Of a DNA stretch of 16,451 nt, positions 1 to 7,349 are shown in pieces. The translations under genes were made by a program, and so were the position numbers. The stretch comes from a bacterium (GTDB taxonomy: Bacteria; RBG-13-61-14; DATKZS01): contig JAWOBU010000280.1 in NCBI GenBank assembly GCA_046484135.1, positions 1 through 16,451 of the forward strand. The letters are read 5' to 3'. The stretch's first letter is position 1; each line of letters starts with the position of its first letter. The notes beneath the pieces were generated by a model. That model saw only the letters and a list, made by a program, of their open reading frames with translations. It did not search any database and was not told the origin of the DNA.

Positions 1-310
1 TGATCTGGGAGATGGCCACCAGCCCCAGGATAAAGCCCGGAATACCGGTAAAGCCGTAACAAATAGCCAGGATGCCCAGCACCAGCGATGCTATGGCAAG
101 ACCGCTGGTCCTGGGGCCTACAGGCGGAGGAGCGCCGTACTGCACTCCGTAAGGAGGCGGTCCCGGCGCTCCCGGCGGGCCGTACTGCGGACCCTGAGGT
201 GGCACCTGCGGGGGCGGTTGCGCACCCGTTGCTGACAGGTCCTGGTTACAATGGGGACAGACCGTAGAGCCGGTCTGCAACTGGTTCCCGCAATTCGGGC
301 AGTAATTCAT
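1..310 (-). CDS. Zinc-ribbon + Pro/Gln-rich linker + DUF4190 membrane protein (partial; 3' end outside window), paralog of 343..1128
   Basis: Hand translation from ATG at 310 (upstream AGGTGGAAGG): MNYCPNCGNQLQTGSTVCPHCNQDLSATGAQPPPQVPPQGPQYGPPGAPGPPPYGVQYGAPPPVGPRTSGLAIASLVLGILAICYGFTGIPGFILGLVAISQI. No stop before the edge. Has two CxxC motifs and the DUF4190-type 'SGLAIASLVLGIL...GLVAISQI'. Not in the ORF track. Confidence 0.9.
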   Translation of the reverse strand, partial: MNYCPNCGNQLQTGSTVCPHCNQDLSATGAQPPPQVPPQGPQYGPPGAPGPPPYGVQYGAPPPVGPRTSGLAIASLVLGILAICYGFTGIPGFILGLVAISQI

Positions 311-342
311 CCTTCCACCTTTTTCCCGCCGGCCTGAATGGA

Positions 343-1128
343 TTAGTTGATGATATCGTTCTGCACGTTCTTTATGCTTTTATTCTCGTCAATGGTCCAT
401 ACATCCAGGTACGGGTCATCGTCTATATTGCCCACGGCAACTGCTTGAAAGCTTGTCTTCTCAACCCGAGCTTCAACACCGGCCGGAAGCTCGTGAGGTT
501 GGCCTTTGCTCGGATGAGTGCCGATGGACTGATCCCCGATATAATAAGTGTATAGGTTCTGGCCCGCGGGAGACCAGCCGATAAGGTCGAAGCTGTCACC
601 GTAGGTGTTGTGCTCACCAAAATACGCGGTCTCCAGGTTGAAAATGGACCCCAGGTTGGTTTTGGCTTCCGACTGCTTGCTCTTGGCCTGCATCTTCATG
701 AAGTTGGGAATGACAAGGGCCGCGATAAGCCCTACTCCCAGGATCAGGGACGCTCCCCCGGTAATGGAGCCGGCTATGGCAAGTCCCTTGCCCCCGGTCT
801 GACCCTCCGACTTGTTGATCTGGGAGATGGCCACCAGCCCCAGGATAAGGCCGATGATGCCCAGAAAACCGTAGGAGCAAAACCCCAGTATGCCCAGCAC
901 CAGCGCGGCTATGGCAAGACCGCTCGTCTTGGGGCCTTGCTGCATGGGCGGCCGCGCGCCGTACTGGGCTCCATAAGGGGGCTGGCCCGGCGCTCCCGGC
1001 GGACCGTACTGCTGATCCGGCCCGGGCGGAGACGTTTGCCCGGTCCCTCCTGTCAAGGCTTGATTACATTGTGGACAAACCGTGGTACCCGGCTCCAACT
1101 GACTCCCGCAATTTGGACAAAAGTTCAT
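343..1128 (-). CDS. Zinc-ribbon/DUF4190 membrane protein with C-terminal type IV pilin (PilA)-like domain
   Basis: N-terminal CPNC...CPQC; Pro/Gln/Gly linker; DUF4190 motifs SGLAIAALVLGIL...GLVAISQI...GKGLAIAG; then IPNFMKMQAKSKQSEAKTNL and AVGNIDDDPYLDVWTI, which resemble deltaproteobacterial PilA. GGAGGAGG SD upstream. Confidence 0.85.
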   Translation of the reverse strand: MNFCPNCGSQLEPGTTVCPQCNQALTGGTGQTSPPGPDQQYGPPGAPGQPPYGAQYGARPPMQQGPKTSGLAIAALVLGILGFCSYGFLGIIGLILGLVAISQINKSEGQTGGKGLAIAGSITGGASLILGVGLIAALVIPNFMKMQAKSKQSEAKTNLGSIFNLETAYFGEHNTYGDSFDLIGWSPAGQNLYTYYIGDQSIGTHPSKGQPHELPAGVEARVEKTSFQAVAVGNIDDDPYLDVWTIDENKSIKNVQNDIIN

Positions 1129-1195
1129 GCTCTTTATTCCTCCTCCCGGAATTTGATCAGACCTGTAAAGCAGAGATCAAAGTATGTCCCTGTTA

Positions 1196-1230
1196 AAATA
1201 AAGATATCAAGAAGCTGGGAGTTCTTGATA
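1196..1230 (-). terminator. Putative intrinsic terminator after the DUF2752 gene
   Basis: Perfect 9-bp inverted repeat TATCAAGAA (1205-1213)/TTCTTGATA (1222-1230), followed on the minus strand by TCTTTATTTT. The stem is AT-rich, so it could instead be an operator. Confidence 0.45.
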
Positions 1231-1232
1231 AC

Positions 1233-1637
1233 TTAAAACGTTAATTTAAAAACCCAGCTTGCAATAAGACCGCAGGCCACCAGCACCCACGGCGTTGTGA
1301 GAAGCCACCCTCGGGCTCGGGCTTTTGGTTTGCCGGACATAAAATACAGCCGGTAGGGCACCTGGAGAAGCACGAACACAAAGGCCGCGGGCGCTGTTGC
1401 GTTTACTGCCGAGGCCTCCCAGAGCCGGCCGTGGGCGAGGTGCACGAACCCCCGAGTCAGGCCGCACAGCGGGCAATCATGTCCGGTGAAAGCATGCACC
1501 AGGCACATCCTGGGCATGGCCGTGTCATGAGCCACCGGCAATACCGTCCGATCGCGCTCGACCTCCAAGGTGAAGGAAAGGAAAACTGCCAAAGCCGCAA
1601 GGATAAAAAGAAGAAACTGTCCGCTTCTGTCTGTCAT
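1233..1637 (-). CDS. DUF2752 domain membrane protein
   Basis: Motif CLVHAFTGHDCPLCGLTRGFVHLAHG...A..VN with flanking hydrophobic helices. Confidence 0.85.
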   Translation of the reverse strand: MTDRSGQFLLFILAALAVFLSFTLEVERDRTVLPVAHDTAMPRMCLVHAFTGHDCPLCGLTRGFVHLAHGRLWEASAVNATAPAAFVFVLLQVPYRLYFMSGKPKARARGWLLTTPWVLVACGLIASWVFKLTF

Positions 1638-1669
1638 GAAAGCACCGTTTTTAGTTTGAGCTTGAAAAC

Positions 1670-1699
1670 AGTATACTCAGTCCCTTAAAAAAATGTCAA
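1670..1699 (-). promoter_or_regulatory. sigma70-type promoter for the DUF2752 gene
   Basis: Minus strand TTGACA (1699-1694)-N18-TATACT (1675-1670), about 30 nt upstream of the ATG at 1637. Confidence 0.6.
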
Positions 1700-1742
1700 C
1701 TTCGTTTTACAACTCTCTTAAAAGTGAAGACACACGAGTTCT

Positions 1743-1770
1743 TTGCCTGACCCGCCGCCGGTGATATGAT
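1743..1770 (+). promoter_or_regulatory. sigma70-type promoter for the sulfatase
   Basis: TTGCCT-N16-TATGAT with an extended -10 TGn, followed by SD AGGAGGAGG and ATG 1791. Confidence 0.45.
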
Positions 1771-1790
1771 GAGCGCAAAGGAGGAGGATC

Positions 1791-3122
1791 ATGAACAGGA
1801 GAGAGTTCATAGGCAGTGCGTCCGCGGGCGCGGCCGCGTTTTGTCTTGGGAGTGGCTCCCTGTCCGCCTCCCAGAGCAAGCCCAACATTATAATCATCAT
1901 GGCCGATGACCTCGGCTACGGCGACCTCGGCTGTTACGGCGCCGACATGATCCGCACGCCGGTGATTGACCGGATGGCTTCCGAAGGAGTGCGTCTTACT
2001 CAGTTCTTTTCCTGCGCCTCCATCTGCTCGCCTTCCCGGTCCGGCCTCATGACCGGCAGGTACCCCATCCGGAACGGGGTCAACAATAACTTCGGGCCCA
2101 CTGTAAATCCGGCATCGTTCCTGGTCGGGGCCCTCACCGACACCGGGCTCGGCATGAACACGCGGGAGATAACGCTGGGGCAGGCCATGAAAGCGGAAGG
2201 TTACGCCACCTGCTGCATAGGCAAATGGCATCTGGGCGACCTGGACAAGTACATGCCGACCAGCCGGGGGTTTGACCATTACTTCGGCATCCCCTACTCG
2301 AACGACATGGACCCGGTCAAGCTGTATGACGACCTTGACATGATCGAGTACCCGGTGAATCAGGACACCCTGACCAAAAGGTACACCCGCGAGGCCCTCC
2401 AGTTCATCCAAGCTAATAAGGACCGGCCGTTTTTGCTCTATCTTCCCCATACCTTCCCGCACGTACCCCTTCACGCTTCCAAGGAGTTCGAGGGCCGCTC
2501 CGATGCCGGCCGCTACGGCGACTGCGTCGAGGAGATAGACTGGAGCACCGGCCGGATACTGGACGCGCTGGAAAAGTACGGGATCGCGGAGAACACGCTG
2601 GTTGTTTTCACTTCTGACAACGGGCCCTGGTACCAGGGAAACACCAGCGGCCTGCGCGAGAGAAAGCACACCCCTTTCGAGGGAGGAGTCCGCGTGCCCT
2701 TGATAGCAAGGTGGCCGGGTACTTTACCGCAAGGAGTGGTCTCCGACGAGATCGCCATAAACTTGGACCTTTTTACAACCGCGGTGGAAGCCGCCGGCGG
2801 GAACCCGCCCGCGGACAGGCCGGTGGACGGCAGAAACCTGATGCCCCTTTTGAAGGGAGGCGATTCCGCTCACGACGCACTCTACTTTTACCGGCTGCAG
2901 AATCTGTGGTGCATAAGGACTGACGAGTGGAAGTATCATCGCTCCCACCGAATGTGGTGCGCCGGGTCCTTCCATAGAAAAAGAGGCCCCATGCTCTTCA
3001 ACGTAAAGGAAGACCCCGAGGAGTCCTATAACCTGATCGAAAAGTACCCGGACAAAGCAGCGGAGCTCGAGTCCATGATGACCGAATGGGAGGAAAACCT
3101 CGTAAAAGGGGTCCCCAGGTAA
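1791..3122 (+). CDS. Arylsulfatase A-family (formylglycine-dependent, Cys-type) sulfatase with Tat signal peptide
   Basis: MNRREF twin-arginine signal; PNIIIIMADDLGYGDLG; CSPSRSGLMTGRY (CxPxR); GKWHLG; FTSDNG; EGGVRVP; strong SD. Confidence 0.95.
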   Translation: MNRREFIGSASAGAAAFCLGSGSLSASQSKPNIIIIMADDLGYGDLGCYGADMIRTPVIDRMASEGVRLTQFFSCASICSPSRSGLMTGRYPIRNGVNNNFGPTVNPASFLVGALTDTGLGMNTREITLGQAMKAEGYATCCIGKWHLGDLDKYMPTSRGFDHYFGIPYSNDMDPVKLYDDLDMIEYPVNQDTLTKRYTREALQFIQANKDRPFLLYLPHTFPHVPLHASKEFEGRSDAGRYGDCVEEIDWSTGRILDALEKYGIAENTLVVFTSDNGPWYQGNTSGLRERKHTPFEGGVRVPLIARWPGTLPQGVVSDEIAINLDLFTTAVEAAGGNPPADRPVDGRNLMPLLKGGDSAHDALYFYRLQNLWCIRTDEWKYHRSHRMWCAGSFHRKRGPMLFNVKEDPEESYNLIEKYPDKAAELESMMTEWEENLVKGVPR

Positions 3123-3230
3123 GCCGGCTCATGGATACGGTTTTTATGCTCGGTGATAGACCGCCATTGCATCCTTTCCTGTCGTGGTTAACATTTAATT
3201 GATGAGCAGTTTGAAAAAGGAGCAGGAGTA

Positions 3231-4058
3231 ATGGCTGACTATGGCTTGAGCGCGCTTGACGTGGTAAAACAAACCGACCGGTCCAACTGCGGCAAGTGCG
3301 GGCTTAAAAACTGCATGGCTTTTGCCGCCCTGGTGGTGCAGGGTCAGAAGGACCCGCGGGCCTGTCCCTGCCTGGACGAGGATTTTATAGCGAAGATCGA
3401 GGAGCAGGCAGGCAAGCGGCAGGCGGAGCGGGAGGACCAGCGGCGGGAGCTTATCGAGCCTTTAAAACAAGAGATGCAAAAGCTTGACCTCGAAGAAGCG
3501 GCCGAGCGTGCGGGAGGCTGGTTCGAGGACGGCAGAGTCAAGCTCCACGTGTTCGGCAGGATATTCGAGCTCGACCATGAAGGGGGGCTTCACTCCCAGT
3601 GCCACGTGAACGAATGGGTCCACCTGCCGCTACTGTTGTATGTAATCTACGGCCAAGGCAAAGAGCTTTCCGGCAAGTGGCTGCCCTTCCGGGAGCTCAA
3701 GGGTTCGCAGTCGTGGAAGCAGTTTTTCGAGTACCGGGGTGAAAGGGTCTTTCAGCAGATGGCCCGGCAGACCCCCGAGCTCTTCCTGGACATCCTGGAC
3801 CTGTTTGGAACAGAGATGCACGAAGACGGCCCGCCCGCGGACCATCGCTACCTTCTCTATCCATTTCCCAAGGTCCCCCTGCTCTTTTGTTACACCGCTG
3901 CGGAGGGAAAGTTCGAATCATACGTAAATCTCTTCTTCGACAAATCCATCGAGGAGAACTTACGGGTAGACGCAACCTATTACCTCGCACAGGGCATCAT
4001 CCAGATGTTCCAAAGGATCATCGAACGCCACGGCACGGTGTCCCGAATCTCTGCATAA
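3231..4058 (+). CDS. Fe-S cluster domain (FeS/PF04060-like) + DUF3786 protein
   Basis: N-terminal NCGKCGLKNCMAFA...ACP motif; C-terminal W.PFREL.G...PFPKVPL...LFFD typical of DUF3786; AGGAG SD. Confidence 0.8.
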   Translation: MADYGLSALDVVKQTDRSNCGKCGLKNCMAFAALVVQGQKDPRACPCLDEDFIAKIEEQAGKRQAEREDQRRELIEPLKQEMQKLDLEEAAERAGGWFEDGRVKLHVFGRIFELDHEGGLHSQCHVNEWVHLPLLLYVIYGQGKELSGKWLPFRELKGSQSWKQFFEYRGERVFQQMARQTPELFLDILDLFGTEMHEDGPPADHRYLLYPFPKVPLLFCYTAAEGKFESYVNLFFDKSIEENLRVDATYYLAQGIIQMFQRIIERHGTVSRISA

Positions 4059-4099
4059 AAAGGGGCGGCGGAAAAGAATAGCCGAAGCGTGGCAAAGAA

Positions 4100-4125
4100 G
4101 CCAGGCTGGAGCCTGGCGCTCCCGG
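4100..4125 (-). repeat. REP-like hairpin / possible terminator between convergent genes
   Basis: Minus strand CCGGGAGC-GCCAGGC-TCCA-GCCTGGC then TTCTTT: a perfect 7-bp stem with the same GGGAG lead and TCCA loop as the units at 5744-5794. Confidence 0.55.
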
Positions 4126-4135
4126 TGGGCTTCCT

Positions 4136-4372
4136 TTACGAGCGCGGCTTTTCCCTGCGGATGCAGTCCTTGAGACGTGACTTCATGTCCTCCGGCAGCT
4201 CGGGAGGGGGCATCCGGGAAAGGAGCTCCCGGCTGGCCTTCAAGGTCTCGAGGCAGGACTTGCAACAGTCGCACTCCTCCAGGTGCCGGAGAAGCTCCTC
4301 TGCGTTCTCGCCCGGAAGCTCGCCGTCCAGGTAAGCGGAAAGCTTGTCAAAGTGTTCTTTGCAATCGCTCAT
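4136..4372 (-). CDS. Zinc-binding anti-sigma factor (zf-HC2/ZAS), soluble
   Basis: LSAYLDGEL...HLEECDCC (HxxxCxxC); ATGA overlap with the sigma factor stop; no hydrophobic segment. Confidence 0.9.
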   Translation of the reverse strand: MSDCKEHFDKLSAYLDGELPGENAEELLRHLEECDCCKSCLETLKASRELLSRMPPPELPEDMKSRLKDCIRREKPRS

Positions 4373-4974
4373 TGGTTCACCTCGAAGTAGTCCCGCAGGT
4401 TGTTCCTTACAAAAGCCCGGGCGCGGTGAAGCCGGACCTTTACCGTCTCTTCGGTTATGTCCATGGCATCCGCAGTCTCCCGGGTGGAAAGACCTTCCAT
4501 GTCCCGCAAAATAAGCACCGACCGGTTGGGGGCCGGAAGACGGGCAATAGCGTTCTCGAGCTTTTCTTTCAGCTCCTCGTTCAAGACCTGCTTTACGGGA
4601 TCGGCCCGCCAGGAAAGAGAGGACGGGTCTATCGAGTCCTCGTAGGAGGGAAGAACGTCGTCAATGTTGAGCTCGTTTCTCTGCCTGTCCGAAAGACGGC
4701 GCTGCCGCTGCCGGCAGGTGTTGCCGGCGATGGTGAAAAGCCAGTTGCGAAGACGGCCCTCCCCCCGGAACTGACCTATCTTCTCCTTGGCCTTTAAAAA
4801 CGTGTCCTGGAGAATGTCCTCGGCCTCGTCCACGTTGCCGCACATCCGGAGAGCGTACCTGTAAATCATGGGAGCAAACGCGTCCACCATGAGGTCAAAC
4901 CCGTAGTCGTCATCCGACTGAACCCGCTCCAGGATTTCCTTTTCCTTTAAAACTTCAGATTCGCTTTTGTCCAT
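4369..4974 (-). CDS. ECF-family RNA polymerase sigma-70 factor
   Basis: Region 2 DEAEDILQDTFLKA...FRGE...WLFTIAGN; region 4 LP...RSVLILRDMEGLSTRETA...TVKVRLHRAR. Start moved from the track's 5022 to ATG 4974 (AAGGA SD upstream). Confidence 0.93.
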   Translation of the reverse strand: MDKSESEVLKEKEILERVQSDDDYGFDLMVDAFAPMIYRYALRMCGNVDEAEDILQDTFLKAKEKIGQFRGEGRLRNWLFTIAGNTCRQRQRRLSDRQRNELNIDDVLPSYEDSIDPSSLSWRADPVKQVLNEELKEKLENAIARLPAPNRSVLILRDMEGLSTRETADAMDITEETVKVRLHRARAFVRNNLRDYFEVNQ

Positions 4975-5193
4975 CAGGCGCCGTCCTTTAATCTCTTCTA
5001 GAATAGCAGAGACAAGAGACAAAGTTAAGTAGTGGGCATTTCTTACGCGGTCAACTTGTCAAAAGAAAAAGCTTGTGTTAAAAACAATGATTTGGAAAGC
5101 TGGCCAGGAACGCGCAAAAAATTCAGGCGTCTTCCGCTCAGAAGACATGTCGCAGATTCCTATAAAGCCAACTCCCGTAAAGGAGGCGGACCA

Positions 5194-5706
5194 TTGACGA
5201 AAAAGCAGGTATCAGCGGTCTTTCCGGGTTCTTTCGACCCTCCCACCTGGGGACACGTGGACCTTATCAAGAGGTCCGCCGCGGTCTTCGACAAGGTCAT
5301 CATCGCGGTGGCCGAGAGCACCAGCAAGCGGTACGTGTTCAGCACCGAGGAGCGGGTGGACCTGTGGAAGCGGGTCCTGCCGGACGGCCTGGACAACGTG
5401 GAGGTTGACACTTTCAAGGGACTGTTGGTGGATTACATGGACAAGAAGAACTCGAGGATACTCTTGCGCGGTCTCCGGAACCTTACCGACTTCGAGTACG
5501 AGATATCCATGAGCCAGACCAACCAGACCATGAACCCCAAGGTCGAGACCCTGTTCATCATGACCGCGGGACACCTCTCCCACCTGAGCTCGAGCCTGAT
5601 AAAGGAGATCGTCATGCTGGGAGGATCGGTAAAAAACATGGTCCCTCCGCTCATCGAAAAGGAGCTCAAAAAGCGGATCGGACCAAAGTCCGGAAAGAAA
5701 GAGTAG
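5194..5706 (+). CDS. coaD: Phosphopantetheine adenylyltransferase
   Basis: AVFPGSFDPPTWGHVDLIKR, RGLR...DFEYE, LSSSLIKEI motifs. Probable TTG start at 5194 with AGGAGG SD (the track start at 5032 is too long). Confidence 0.96.
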   Translation: MTKKQVSAVFPGSFDPPTWGHVDLIKRSAAVFDKVIIAVAESTSKRYVFSTEERVDLWKRVLPDGLDNVEVDTFKGLLVDYMDKKNSRILLRGLRNLTDFEYEISMSQTNQTMNPKVETLFIMTAGHLSHLSSSLIKEIVMLGGSVKNMVPPLIEKELKKRIGPKSGKKE

Positions 5707-5714
5707 AACATTCA

Positions 5715-5845
5715 GAGCCTCTTGCAAAAAGAGCGGAGAGAAGGTGGGAGAGACCTCCAGGTCTCGATGATCGCGAGCTGGAGCTCGCTCCCGCCATCTA
5801 AAGCATTTATTACCACCTCGATAATCAAACTTTTGCAAGAGGCTC
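5715..5845. mobile_element. Putative MITE-like non-autonomous element with 15-bp terminal inverted repeats, enclosing a REP-like doublet
   Basis: GAGCCTCTTGCAAAA (5715-5729) and TTTTGCAAGAGGCTC (5831-5845) are exact reverse complements; 131 bp, non-coding, intergenic. No clear target-site duplication. Confidence 0.55.
5744..5794. repeat. Inverted pair of 25-bp REP-like palindromes (REPIN-like)
   Basis: GTGGGAGAGACCTCCAGGTCTCGAT (5744-5768, +) and GCGGGAGCGAGCTCCAGCTCGCGAT (5794-5770, -), 20/25 identical, each with an internal hairpin. Confidence 0.7.
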
Positions 5846-5886
5846 ATCCATAAAAATAAAAAACGATAAAGAAAAGGAGAAAAAAC

Positions 5887-7080
5887 ATGCAACTGGCAAG
5901 CCGGGTGAAGAAAGTAAAGCCTTCCGCAACGCTGGCGGTCTCCGCCGCGGCCAAGGCCATGAAGGCCAAAGGGATTGACGTTATCGGTTTCGGGGCGGGC
6001 GAGCCCGACTTCGACACCCCGGACCACATCAAGAAGGCCGCCAAGAAGGCCCTGGATGAAGGCTTTACCAAGTACACTCCGGCGAGCGGCACTGACGAGC
6101 TCAAGCAGGCGGTGGCCGACAAGTTCAAAAGGGACAACAACCTGTCCTATAAAAAGGACCAGGTAATCATCTCCTGCGGGGGCAAGCACTGTCTTTACAA
6201 CATCTACATGGCGACCCTGTCCGGCAACGACGAGGTCCTGATACCCGCGCCCTACTGGGTGAGCTACCCGGACATGGCGCTTCTCTCCGGCGCCCGGCCC
6301 AAGTACATCCATACCACGGAAAAGAGCTCGTTCAAGGTCTCGCCCCAAGAGCTCGAAAAGGCGCTTACACCCAAAACCCGGCTATTCATCATGAACAGCC
6401 CCTCCAACCCGACCGGCGCGGCCTATACCCGGAAAGAGCTCGCCGCCCTGGCCGAGGTCCTTCAAAAGCACCACTGCTACGTGGTGTGCGACGACATCTA
6501 CGAGTCCATTGTCTACGACGACTTCAAGTTTTACTCGCTGGCCACCGTGGCCAAGAAGGAGCTCCGCGAGCGGTGCCTGGTGGTAAACGGGGTGTCCAAG
6601 ACCTACTCCATGACCGGCTGGCGCATCGGCTATGCCGCGGGCCATCCCGAGGTTATAGCGGCCATGAACAAAATCCAGGGACAGAGCACCTCGAACCCCA
6701 CCAGCTTCGCCCAGAAGGGCGCACTGACCGCGCTCAACGGCCCGCAGGGCTTTCTGAAAAAGATGGTCGTAGAGTTCAAAAAGCGCCGCGACTACACGGT
6801 CAAGACCCTGAACAAGATGCCGGGCATAACCTGCAACAACCCGCAAGGCGCCTTTTACGTGCTTCCGAGTTTCCAGGAGTACATCGGCCGGAGCTATAAA
6901 GGAAAGAAGATCAAGAACGACGTGGAGCTCTGCCGGTTCCTGCTCGACGAGGTCAAGGTCGCGGCAGTGCCCGGCAGCGCCTTCGGAGCGGACGGCTTCA
7001 TCCGGCTTTCCTACGCGACCTCCATGAAGAACATCCAGGAAGGCTTGAAAAGGATAAAACAGGGGCTGGAGTTGCTGTGA
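5887..7080 (+). CDS. aspC: PLP-dependent class I/II aminotransferase (aspartate aminotransferase subgroup Ib-like)
   Basis: GAGEPDFDTP, TKYTP..G, PAPYWVSYP, NSPSNPTG, DDIY, GVSKTYSMTGWRIGY (PLP lysine), VPGSAFG, IRLSYA; AAGGAG SD. Substrate is inferred from family. Confidence 0.9.
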   Translation: MQLASRVKKVKPSATLAVSAAAKAMKAKGIDVIGFGAGEPDFDTPDHIKKAAKKALDEGFTKYTPASGTDELKQAVADKFKRDNNLSYKKDQVIISCGGKHCLYNIYMATLSGNDEVLIPAPYWVSYPDMALLSGARPKYIHTTEKSSFKVSPQELEKALTPKTRLFIMNSPSNPTGAAYTRKELAALAEVLQKHHCYVVCDDIYESIVYDDFKFYSLATVAKKELRERCLVVNGVSKTYSMTGWRIGYAAGHPEVIAAMNKIQGQSTSNPTSFAQKGALTALNGPQGFLKKMVVEFKKRRDYTVKTLNKMPGITCNNPQGAFYVLPSFQEYIGRSYKGKKIKNDVELCRFLLDEVKVAAVPGSAFGADGFIRLSYATSMKNIQEGLKRIKQGLELL

Positions 7081-7150
7081 AGCGACATTAGCAGGCTAAG
7101 TACCGCCGTTTTCGGAACCTCTGCTCGGGAATATCGCGACGCCCCGGAGG

Positions 7151-7171
7151 TAAAGCCCTGCTTTCGCAGGG
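7151..7171 (-). terminator. Putative terminator hairpin between convergent units
   Basis: Minus strand CCCTGC-GAAA-GCAGGG-CTTTA, 5 nt after the stop of the 53-aa ORF; the U tract is short. Confidence 0.45.
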
Positions 7172-7176
7172 AGTGT

Positions 7177-7338
7177 CTAAGAATTCTTGCTCTTTGGAGA
7201 CTGGAAATAAACAGTAAATTTCATGTTAGAGACGAGGCTGCTCTCTGTAGCTCGGGGCGTACCTTTTTTATCTGATGGTTTGTCTTTGGCAACTGTTACA
7301 CTATCCTGGTTCTCACCATTTTTGCTCCTGTCCTCCAT
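7177..7338 (-). CDS. Small hypothetical protein (53 aa) directly downstream of the deaminase
   Basis: Hand translation MEDRSKNGENQDSVTVAKDKPSDKKGTPRATESSLVSNMKFTVYFQSPKSKNS*. The ATG follows an 11-nt gap (AGGGGGAACAG, SD-like) after the deaminase TAA, and a hairpin follows the stop. Below the track's size cut-off. Confidence 0.5.
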   Translation of the reverse strand: MEDRSKNGENQDSVTVAKDKPSDKKGTPRATESSLVSNMKFTVYFQSPKSKNS

Positions 7339-7349
7339 CTGTTCCCCCT

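Noticed and set aside
1707..2669. Long antisense or alternate-frame ORFs (1707..2669, 5212..6348, 9015..9881, 610..1236, 4177..4797, 15511..16116)
   Set aside because: They shadow well-supported genes in GC-rich DNA and carry no recognisable motifs.
5000..5030. Autoregulatory ECF promoter or AGAGACA direct repeat upstream of the sigma gene
   Set aside because: The minus-strand TAACTT-N16-TATTCT fits an extended -10 sigma70 promoter equally well, so no call is possible.
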